52,988 nucleotides of DNA from an uncultured Planctomycetaceae bacterium. GTDB lineage: Bacteria; Planctomycetota; Phycisphaerae; UBA1845; UTPLA1. The position numbers and the translations under genes were made by a program. Under the pieces are notes generated by a model, which saw only the letters and a list, made by a program, of their open reading frames with translations, ran no database searches and was not told the DNA's origin. Shown here piece after piece: positions 44,472 to 51,987 of the stretch (position 1 is the stretch's first letter; each line of letters begins with the position of its first letter). The DNA is taken from the NCBI GenBank assembly GCA_964416295.1, contig CAYQDV010000001.1, positions 1 to 52,988 on the forward strand. The letters are read 5' to 3'.

Positions 44472-45362
44472 ATGAGTGTCGCGCTCGCGGATCAGGCCGC
44501 CGGGCTACGGCGGTTGATGGAGCATCAACGGTCCGTGCGAATGGCCCGTCCCTCCGCGCCGCAGTCGTCTTGCCGCTGCGTCGCGGTAGCGAGCGGAAAA
44601 GGCGGAGTCGGGAAGACCGTCGTGGCGACCAATCTGGCGATCGCGCTGGCGCGGGGCGGCCACCGCACGGTCCTGGTGGATGCCGACCTCGGGACCGCCA
44701 ATGCCGACGTGGCTCTGAACATCGAGACGCCCTATGACCTGTCGCACGTGATTCGCGGCGCACGCGCGATCGACGACGTCGAAGTTCCTGTGGTGCCGGG
44801 GCTGACGCTCATCGCGGGCGCCTCCGGGCTGGCCTCGGTCGCCGATCTGAGTCCGTGCGACCGGCTGGCGCTGGTCGACGGGCTGGCGACGTTGGAGACG
44901 TACGCCGACATCTTGCTGCTCGACTGCGGGGCCGGCATTTCGCAGAACGTCCTGGCATTCGCGCAGGCAGCGGACGAACTGCTCGTTGTGACGACGCCTG
45001 AGCCGACCTCTCTGACGGACGCGTACGCCTTGATCAAGGTCATCAGTCGATCGCCGCACCCTCCGGCCGTCGGCACCGTGGTCAACCTGGCTCGCGATGT
45101 GGCGGAAGCGGAAACCATCGGCCGGCGTGTCACGTCGGTGGCGGCGCGTTTTCTCGGCATGACCGTGGGAATGGCCGGGCACGTGTTGCGGGACGAGCAC
45201 GTCCCGATGGCGGTGTGCCGGCGCGTGCCGGTGGTCGTGCGTTATCCCGGCAGCGCGGCGGCTGCGTGTCTGTTAACACTGGCAAGACGGTTCGACGGGT
45301 CGTCGCCGCGGGATCAGCGGAGGACCGGCTTCTTCCGGCGCGTCGTGGATATTTTCAAGTGA
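44472..45362 (+). CDS. flhG: MinD/ParA-type ATPase FlhG (FleN/YlxH)
   Basis: Deviant Walker A ASGKGGVGKTVVATNLA and DADLGTAN. C-terminal amphipathic membrane-targeting helix GFFRRVVDIFK. ATG 44472 lies 1 nt after the flhF stop. Confidence 0.88.
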   Translation: MSVALADQAAGLRRLMEHQRSVRMARPSAPQSSCRCVAVASGKGGVGKTVVATNLAIALARGGHRTVLVDADLGTANADVALNIETPYDLSHVIRGARAIDDVEVPVVPGLTLIAGASGLASVADLSPCDRLALVDGLATLETYADILLLDCGAGISQNVLAFAQAADELLVVTTPEPTSLTDAYALIKVISRSPHPPAVGTVVNLARDVAEAETIGRRVTSVAARFLGMTVGMAGHVLRDEHVPMAVCRRVPVVVRYPGSAAAACLLTLARRFDGSSPRDQRRTGFFRRVVDIFK

Positions 45363-45433
45363 ATTGGGCAGGAGTCCCCGCCGATGGCATTCCAAGGTGA
45401 GGACCGAGAACTGCCTTTGGAAATGGTGCTTGC

Positions 45434-45736
45434 GTGGCGCGATTGTGCGGTGCGTGTCTGGGGTTGCTGCTCTTCGGCGCGATGATCGCGCGCGGATTGG
45501 TCGTCGACAACCCACCGGACGTCATCTTGCAGCGCGCCCTGATCGGGCTGTTCGGCGGGATGGTGCTGGGCCTGGTCATGGGACGGATCGCGTCCGTGGT
45601 CGTCATGGACAATCTGCCGTCGCGCGACAAGGACGCTTCAGAATCGGCGGACGAAGACGACGCCACTGCGCAAGGCGCGTCTGCCCCATCGGAGCCCTCC
45701 ACAGGCCGCTCCAAGGCTGAACCGGTCTCTCGTTGA
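45434..45736 (+). CDS. Small hypothetical membrane protein (2 TM helices + acidic tail)
   Basis: LCGACLGLLLFGAMIARGLVV and ALIGLFGGMVLGLVMGRIASVVV are hydrophobic helices. G-rich first codon position and high GC3. Fills the flhG-fliA gap and ends 32 nt before fliA. No family recognised. Confidence 0.5.
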   Translation: MARLCGACLGLLLFGAMIARGLVVDNPPDVILQRALIGLFGGMVLGLVMGRIASVVVMDNLPSRDKDASESADEDDATAQGASAPSEPSTGRSKAEPVSR

Positions 45737-45768
45737 CTCGCCACTGACATGCAAGGGAGCGATACTGG

Positions 45769-46545
45769 ATGCCCGTCACGACCGAAATCGACGTTCAGCA
45801 GGTATGGAAGGACTACAAGAATGAGCCGACCAATGAGCGTCGCAATGTCCTGATGGAACGGTACCTGCACATCGTGCGTTTCAACGCAGAGCGGATCCGT
45901 TCGAAGCTGCCGACCGAAGTGGAGCTGGACGACCTGATTTCGGCGGGGATGTTCGGCCTCGTGGACGCCATCGAGGCCTTCGACCTCGAGCGGGGCGTCA
46001 AGTTCGAGACCTACTGCTCACCCCGCATCCGCGGAGCGATCCTGGACGAGTTGCGATCGATGGATTGGGTGCCACGGCTGGTGCGCAACCGTTCACAGAA
46101 AATCCAGGGCGCCACCAAGCAGTTGCAGAGTGAACTCGGGCGGCTCCCCAGCCCGCAGGAGGTCGCCGGCCGCATTGGCGTGTCCGGCACGGAGTACTCT
46201 CGGATGGCCAAGGATTCCTCGGCCGTTACCATGACTTCGCTGTCGCGCAAGTACTTCAGCGGGAACTCCTCACGGGACATCACGGAAATCGACGTTCTCA
46301 AGGACCGTCGTGCCATCAATCCGCTGAAGGAACTCCAGAAATCGGACGTCAAGGCCCTGATCCAGAAAGGGCTGACACCCACCGAACGCCTCATTTTGAT
46401 TCTATATTATTATGAGGAGATGACGATGAAGGAGATAGGCGTCACCCTGGATTTGTCCGAGAGCCGGGTCAGCCAGATGCACTCGGCGATTATCGAACGG
46501 TTGCGGTTTCAGTTGAAGCAACGGGATCGCGAGTTTCGGATCTGA
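45769..46545 (+). CDS. fliA: Flagellar RNA polymerase sigma factor FliA (sigma28)
   Basis: Region 2 DDLISAGMFGLVDAIEAFDLERGVKFETYCSPRIRGAILDELRSMDWVPR. Region 4 LILILYYYEEMTMKEIGVTLDLSESRVSQMHSAI. 258 aa. Lies at the end of the flhFG block. Confidence 0.92.
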   Translation: MPVTTEIDVQQVWKDYKNEPTNERRNVLMERYLHIVRFNAERIRSKLPTEVELDDLISAGMFGLVDAIEAFDLERGVKFETYCSPRIRGAILDELRSMDWVPRLVRNRSQKIQGATKQLQSELGRLPSPQEVAGRIGVSGTEYSRMAKDSSAVTMTSLSRKYFSGNSSRDITEIDVLKDRRAINPLKELQKSDVKALIQKGLTPTERLILILYYYEEMTMKEIGVTLDLSESRVSQMHSAIIERLRFQLKQRDREFRI

Positions 46546-48646
46546 CGATGTCTGCCATTCCGCCGAGCAATATTGCCTCCGTCCTCCAGGCCGGCGTCAC
46601 GCAACAACACCAATCGAAGATCGACGACGCCGAGCGCAACGAGCGCGCGCGGACCTCGAGAGAGTTGAGCGGACGGGACGACGCCATTCTCGAGGTTGAG
46701 GCCACGGACGACGACACACAAGTCCACGCCGATGCCGAAGGGTCCGGCGGCTCGGGGCGCGAGACCCGCGAATTGCCGACGGAAGAAGGCGAATCTCCGG
46801 CGGAGCGTGTCGCCGACGAGATCACCGTCGGAGAAGACGGAATGCCCCATCTCGATCTAACGGCGTGAGGACGGCCGGAATCCAGACCGCTGTGCGTCCC
46901 ACCCGGTTGAACGGCGCACGCATTGTTCCGGCTGCGGACGCTGGGGCTTTCGGCCTTTGACGGTGCCGTTTTCGGCGTCGGTGGGTCCTGTCGATTCCAA
47001 GGGGCAACCTTTTCGTAAAGGGTGAGATAGGGTCTTTCCCAAGGGCGAGCCGGCCGGCTGTGGTGGATGTAGCGAAACGAGGGGTTCCTGACGAATTCAC
47101 CGGCAGGAAGCCCGTGCTGTTCCGATGCCGCGAATTGGCGGTCCCACGCGAAGATCGTGCCGATCGGGGCCTGCTCGAGACGCTCGCGAACCGAGGGGCG
47201 CCTCGGCGAGAGGACCACGCCCCGCGCATAGTCCATCCACACCACGGCGGAGATCACGTCCCGGTCGCCGTAGCCGCTGTTATCCAGCCATTGCAACGTC
47301 TCGTCGATTACGGCCGCTTCCGGAGGCCGCGGGAGCACGCCGCACAGCTTTCCGACCGTCAACACCATCATCATGGCGAGTGCGACGGGGATGAGTGGGC
47401 GAATCCAGCGGCGTGCGCCCGGCCGCCGCCCGGCCAGAATGGAGACGAGCGCCAACACCGCCAGCGCGGCCGTCGCGGTTCGTACGGCTTTCTTGGCCAG
47501 ATCCAGGTCGGGGATTTCGGCCAGGATATCGCGCGTCTGTGCGTGCAGGACGACCTGTCGCTCCATAGCCGCCCAGAGCAGGACCATCGTTGCTGCGATG
47601 AGGGCCACGGCGACGCAACGCCGGCGCTCGTTTTTGTGCCACAGTCGCAGCCAAGCGGCCAATGCCGCCACTGCCACCAACGGCGACAGCGCGACGAGAA
47701 ACCGTGCGTACCCGCCGGACGAAAACAGCCCCATCGCCCGGATGACGGTCTCCGCCGTGAAGTAGGACGCGATCGATGCGGCGAGCAGCCGACCTTGTGG
47801 GTTCCTCCAAGCGGCCCACAGGCCCGACAAGGCGAGCGTGGCAATCGCCGGCCCCCAGGCCTCCATCGAGCGAGAGAGGAACGTGAGCCAGCTTCCATGG
47901 CCGTATTGGGATGAGGGGCGCGCGACGAAGTATTTTTCGAACGCCGGTCCCGCACCCACATTCAGTGCCCCGACGTTCACAAGCACGGGCGCCCAGAGAA
48001 TAGGCCACAGACGCCGCAGGCGCGCGTCCGCCCGCCATGCAAGGACGAGCCAGACTGGCAGAAAGATGATCGCCTCATGCCGCGTGACAAACGCGAGCGA
48101 CACCACCGCCGCCGACCAGGACCAGCGGTCACGCTGCGCGAGGTACACGGCGAGCGACAGGTAGAACGCCAACGCGGTCTCGGTCAGCGTCGTCTGTGAC
48201 AACTGGAAGAACAGCGGCTGGCCGTATGCCAGCAGGACCGCTGCCCAGGCATGACGCAGTCTCAGCCCCTGCGCGATCCGATACGCGAACCAGGCACTCC
48301 ACGCCGTCAGGATCGCCGAGAGCACGCGGCACATCGGCCAGCCGACACCGGCCGGCAGAAAGTACAGGACCGTGAAGCCGGGCTTGCCCCAGTCATCGAG
48401 GAGATAGGTCGGCCAGGTCCACGCCCATCGCGCGAACAGATAGTGGGTCAGGTCGTCGAAGTGGACCACGCCCTCCGGCGAGAGGCCGCCGAACACGGCG
48501 GACACCACCAGCCCCGTCGCCACGAGAACGGCCGCGAGCCGATCTTCCCGACTCCCATGTTCGCCGAGCGGAGTCGCCCTGAAACCGGCCTCGCCGTGGG
48601 AGGGCGGCGCCGGGGTTACGGGCGATGGCTCGTCGTTTACGATCAT
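46490..48646 (-). CDS. GT-C fold glycosyltransferase (PMT/ArnT-like, family 39/83-type) with C-terminal soluble domain
   Basis: About 11 TM helices. VHFDDLTHYLFARW in the first extracytoplasmic loop resembles the FDE(V)H motif of PMT/ArnT enzymes. Family-like sequence ends near ...PYLTLYEKVAPWNRQ (about 47000). The remaining ~165 codons to the stop at 46490 are Ser/Arg-rich and antisense to fliA and the acidic ORF. Confidence 0.75.
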   Translation of the reverse strand: MIVNDEPSPVTPAPPSHGEAGFRATPLGEHGSREDRLAAVLVATGLVVSAVFGGLSPEGVVHFDDLTHYLFARWAWTWPTYLLDDWGKPGFTVLYFLPAGVGWPMCRVLSAILTAWSAWFAYRIAQGLRLRHAWAAVLLAYGQPLFFQLSQTTLTETALAFYLSLAVYLAQRDRWSWSAAVVSLAFVTRHEAIIFLPVWLVLAWRADARLRRLWPILWAPVLVNVGALNVGAGPAFEKYFVARPSSQYGHGSWLTFLSRSMEAWGPAIATLALSGLWAAWRNPQGRLLAASIASYFTAETVIRAMGLFSSGGYARFLVALSPLVAVAALAAWLRLWHKNERRRCVAVALIAATMVLLWAAMERQVVLHAQTRDILAEIPDLDLAKKAVRTATAALAVLALVSILAGRRPGARRWIRPLIPVALAMMMVLTVGKLCGVLPRPPEAAVIDETLQWLDNSGYGDRDVISAVVWMDYARGVVLSPRRPSVRERLEQAPIGTIFAWDRQFAASEQHGLPAGEFVRNPSFRYIHHSRPARPWERPYLTLYEKVAPWNRQDPPTPKTAPSKAESPSVRSRNNACAVQPGGTHSGLDSGRPHAVRSRWGIPSSPTVISSATRSAGDSPSSVGNSRVSRPEPPDPSASAWTCVSSSVASTSRMASSRPLNSLEVRARSLRSASSIFDWCCCVTPAWRTEAILLGGMADIVRSETRDPVASTETATVR
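46548..46868 (+). CDS. Small acidic hypothetical protein translationally coupled to fliA
   Basis: ATG 2 nt after the fliA stop. 106 aa, Asp/Glu-rich and probably disordered. Strong G-at-codon-position-1 bias favours this strand over the Ser/Arg-rich antisense frame. Fully overlapped by the 3' read-through of the minus-strand GT-C ORF, so automated callers may omit it. Confidence 0.45.
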   Translation: MSAIPPSNIASVLQAGVTQQHQSKIDDAERNERARTSRELSGRDDAILEVEATDDDTQVHADAEGSGGSGRETRELPTEEGESPAERVADEITVGEDGMPHLDLTA

Positions 48647-48815
48647 CGCGACATCATCGCGGGGCGCAACGGGCTGTAAAGCCTGCCCCGCCGGTTAGAA
48701 GTCGCGCAAGAACAAGGCGAATGGCAGACCCGCCAAACGGCCAAGCCAGCGGGCCAGCCAAGCCAGGCGATCGACCGTCTTATTCCTGCGCGGTTCCTTA
48801 GAGGAACTCGACCCC

Positions 48816-50036
48816 ATGAATCCGTCCGTCGCGATCGACGTCGGAACCGCCTCTGTCGACTTGTGCAGTTGGCACGGCCGGAACCTGTTGGTTGACAAGG
48901 TACCCTTTGCCGATCCGATCTCTGGGCTGCCACACTGGCTCGAACGTCTCTCGCCGCCTCGTCGCTTCGAACTGGTATCGCGCTCGATATGGGACGACAT
49001 CGACGGGACGAGAGAAGAGCGGCTCCGCGACGTGGCCGCGACCCGCGGCGCGCGATCGCTCCGGATTGTGGCGGCCGATTGTCCGGCCGACCCCGGTGTT
49101 GCCGCAGCGCGCCAAGCGGCGGATCGGCTTCGGCTGGGCGCGATCCGGTCCGTGGAGATCGGTGCGGCGCATGTGACCACGGCGCGAGTCGATCGTCGTG
49201 GCGTGGCGACATTCCTGCGCCACGTCGCGCTGCCGGTCGCTCTGAGAGTTTCGCCGCCGTCCGGTGAGGCTCTCGATCCGAGTCTGCGTCGACTGTTTGG
49301 AGCCAAACCGGAACCGGATGGATCGATCGCACCTTCCGACGCTCCGCTTGTGTGTTTTGGCGAATTCGGGCCGGCTCTGGCCACGGCGATTGCCGATTGC
49401 TGCGGTGCCTCGTCGGTCGTGATACCCGTCCACGCCGCAAGTCTGGCCTGCATTGGATTGCTGATCGCCGACATCGTGCTGGATTTCCGCGAGACGTGGC
49501 GGCCGCGCCCGTTAAACATGCCGTTTCTGCGAGAAGCGTTTTTGCGGCTGATGGACGCCGCGTGCGACGCCGTGGCCGCCGAGGGCTACGACCTGGACGA
49601 CACGATCTGCGATCGGATGGTCGAGATGGCACCCGCGGGTTCAGCAAACGTGATTCGCATCGAGGCAGACGCTTTGGCGGATTCGGCTCCTCTGCTGAAG
49701 CGGTTCGGCAAGACGTGGATGGCCGCGCACGGGGCCATTGAAACCAATCACCCCATCGAGATCCGCGCCGCCGCGGTGCGGGCGACGGTTGCGACGACGA
49801 AGCCCTCACTTCCCTTGCCGCAAGGAGGCCCAAGCCTCGCGAGCGACTTGCCGGACGCCGAACCGCGAGGGTCTCGTTCGGACGAGTGCCGTGTGCGGCG
49901 CCACGAACTGCTGCCCGGCGTGACCCTTCACGGTCCCGTCATGATTACCGAGCGCCACACCCAGACACGCGTCGGCGTGGGATGGAGAGCCGTCGTCCAG
50001 CCGACAGGGGACCTGTGGTTACAACGAAAGGATTGA
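48816..50036 (+). CDS. Hydantoinase/oxoprolinase-family-like protein (short, degenerate)
   Basis: N-terminal VAIDVGTASVD, compared with the family DxGGTxTD. PLVCFGEFGPALATAIADCCGASSVVIPVHAASLACIGLLIADIVLDF resembles the Hydantoinase_A core. The C-terminal GPVMITERHTQTRV resembles the 'GPAIIEe..sT.vv' end. Only 406 aa. Confidence 0.45.
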   Translation: MNPSVAIDVGTASVDLCSWHGRNLLVDKVPFADPISGLPHWLERLSPPRRFELVSRSIWDDIDGTREERLRDVAATRGARSLRIVAADCPADPGVAAARQAADRLRLGAIRSVEIGAAHVTTARVDRRGVATFLRHVALPVALRVSPPSGEALDPSLRRLFGAKPEPDGSIAPSDAPLVCFGEFGPALATAIADCCGASSVVIPVHAASLACIGLLIADIVLDFRETWRPRPLNMPFLREAFLRLMDAACDAVAAEGYDLDDTICDRMVEMAPAGSANVIRIEADALADSAPLLKRFGKTWMAAHGAIETNHPIEIRAAAVRATVATTKPSLPLPQGGPSLASDLPDAEPRGSRSDECRVRRHELLPGVTLHGPVMITERHTQTRVGVGWRAVVQPTGDLWLQRKD

Positions 50037-50055
50037 GGGCGTCTGAAGGGGCGAA

Positions 50056-51138
50056 TCACTCGCCGTCACCAGCCGCGACGGATGGACCGGCCGTGACGCC
50101 CGAGTCTTCGGCGGCACTCATGTCTTCCTCGTAGGGATCCGGTTCGATCGCCCCCAGGGCCACGAGCCGCCGCCGGGCCTCAACGGCCCAGGTGGTCTCC
50201 GGCCAGCTATCGAGGACGATGCGGTAGTAGAAGGCCGCTGCGTCGATCTTGTCGGTTCGTTCGTAGTAGCGGCCGACGGTGTAATCCTTCTGGGCGCGGG
50301 ATTCCCGGATTCGCGCGAGCGTCTGCGCGATGGCGGCCTCGGCGGCATGGCGTGGATACTGCTGCTGAAAATCCTGGAAATAGACTTCCGACTCCAGAAG
50401 GTCGGCGTCGTCGAACTCGACGCCCGGGAAGCGAGCCAGGGCCGCCTCTCCGCTGCGAAGCATCGCCACGCGGTGATACCGGCCGCGCGGGAAGTCACGG
50501 GCCAGCCGGGCATATGCCGTTTCCGCTTCTCTGAACTCACCCTCGACAAAGTGGTAATCGGCCTTGAGTCGGAGGGCTTGTTCGGCGATGGCCGTCTTCG
50601 GTGCCCATTCGTCGATGATCCGATCGAGCATCGTCAACGCCTCTTCGGTCGCGCTGAGCCACATCAAACCGCGGAGGACCCGCTGCTTGCGATGCTTGAA
50701 AAGAAACATCTCCGCAATGATCAGTTCGCGCCGAATGGCCCGATCGGCCAGGTCGGTCCCTCCCCAGCCCTCGATCAGCTCTTCGTACCAGCCATACGCC
50801 TTCATCAGGTCGCCGGAACGTCGCTTCGCCTCCTCCGCCGAGACCTCCGTGTCTGCCGCATAAAACAAGGCCTCACCACGGCGCGCGGAATCCGGGTAGT
50901 CCCTCAGCCAGTGTTTGAACAGCTTGCGGGCCTTCTTGTATTCCCCGCGGGCCAGACGCGACCGGGCCAGTTCCAGGTCGCCGTCCTCAGTTCTGGCCAC
51001 CGGCGACGCGATCGAGACCCACCGGCCGGTCTCGGGGTCGTACTCCCGCCGGTCGGCGTACGACTCGTCCTCTTGGGCCAGGACGGCTGGTGCCGTCAAG
51101 AATGTCACAATCCATGCGATTGCGATGTATCGATTCAC
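50056..51138 (-). CDS. BamD/YfiO-like TPR outer-membrane assembly protein
   Basis: Signal peptide (GTG start; IAIAWIVTFLTAPAVLA-QE, no lipobox Cys). The repeated helical pairs ARSRLARGEYKKARKLFKHWLRDYPDS...EALFYAAD... and YTVGRYYERTDKIDAAAFYYRIVLDSWPETTWAVEARRRL follow the BamD-type pattern. Confidence 0.65.
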   Translation of the reverse strand: MNRYIAIAWIVTFLTAPAVLAQEDESYADRREYDPETGRWVSIASPVARTEDGDLELARSRLARGEYKKARKLFKHWLRDYPDSARRGEALFYAADTEVSAEEAKRRSGDLMKAYGWYEELIEGWGGTDLADRAIRRELIIAEMFLFKHRKQRVLRGLMWLSATEEALTMLDRIIDEWAPKTAIAEQALRLKADYHFVEGEFREAETAYARLARDFPRGRYHRVAMLRSGEAALARFPGVEFDDADLLESEVYFQDFQQQYPRHAAEAAIAQTLARIRESRAQKDYTVGRYYERTDKIDAAAFYYRIVLDSWPETTWAVEARRRLVALGAIEPDPYEEDMSAAEDSGVTAGPSVAAGDGE

Positions 51139-51322
51139 CCGTGACCCTCGCTTTCGTTGAGAGCTCGACGTGCCGCGCGTCTGGCGTTTCCGTCGCCGGC
51201 CGGATTCTACAACCCTTGCTCATGTTGGCAACCGCATTGCCTCGGCGAAGCGGGCCGATATAATCCGGTCGGTTTCACGGGGGGCGTGCGGACCGTCCGC
51301 GGGAACGACGAGGCGTATCGTA

Positions 51323-51889
51323 ATGCTCGGGAGACGTATGCCGATGGCTGCAGGCAGGGTGATGGCGAGGCGCGCGGCGGCCGTTGCGGCCGTGCTGGCG
51401 TGGATGGTGTCGGCGGAGGGGTGCGGTTATTCCACCGACCGCAGCGACGTGTTCCGGGTCACGAATGCGAACCACGATCAAATTCGGACTGTATCGGTCG
51501 ACATCTTCGAGTCCAAGGAGTTTCGACGTGACTTGGAATTGCAGTTGACCGAAGCGTTGACGAAGAGGATTCACGCGGATACCCCTTATCGGCTCGCGCG
51601 AAAAGACTATGCCGACACGGTTCTGTCCGGCGAGATCAACGAAGTCCGGCAGTCGACGATCGGGCGTGATTTCAGGACGATCCTGCCGCGGGAGACCTCG
51701 GCGACCCTGGTGGTCAGCGTTCAGTGGAAGGATCTCCGGACCGGAGAAGTCCTGATGGATCGCCCAAACTTCGTACAGACAGTGGATTACGTTCGGAATC
51801 TGGACGAAGATTTCCACCATGCCATGCAACGGGCCACGGACCGAATGGCCGAACGGGTCGTCGAGGCCATGGAATCCAACGATTGGTGA
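51323..51889 (+). CDS. LptE-like LPS-assembly lipoprotein
   Basis: Lipobox MVSAEG-C. VSVDIFESKEFRRDLELQLTEALTKRI...ADTVLSGEINEV...LVVSVQWKDLRTGEVL matches the LptE family pattern. The ORF-track start at 51170 adds an Arg-rich leader. ATG 51323 is preferred. Confidence 0.55.
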   Translation: MLGRRMPMAAGRVMARRAAAVAAVLAWMVSAEGCGYSTDRSDVFRVTNANHDQIRTVSVDIFESKEFRRDLELQLTEALTKRIHADTPYRLARKDYADTVLSGEINEVRQSTIGRDFRTILPRETSATLVVSVQWKDLRTGEVLMDRPNFVQTVDYVRNLDEDFHHAMQRATDRMAERVVEAMESNDW

Positions 51890-51987
51890 TTCGGTCGCGC
51901 TATAATCCGATAGAGTGAAGGCGACATGTGAAGGCTCCAGCGGGGAGTGTAGACGTAACGCCTTGTGTGGAATAGGGTTACTTTCCA

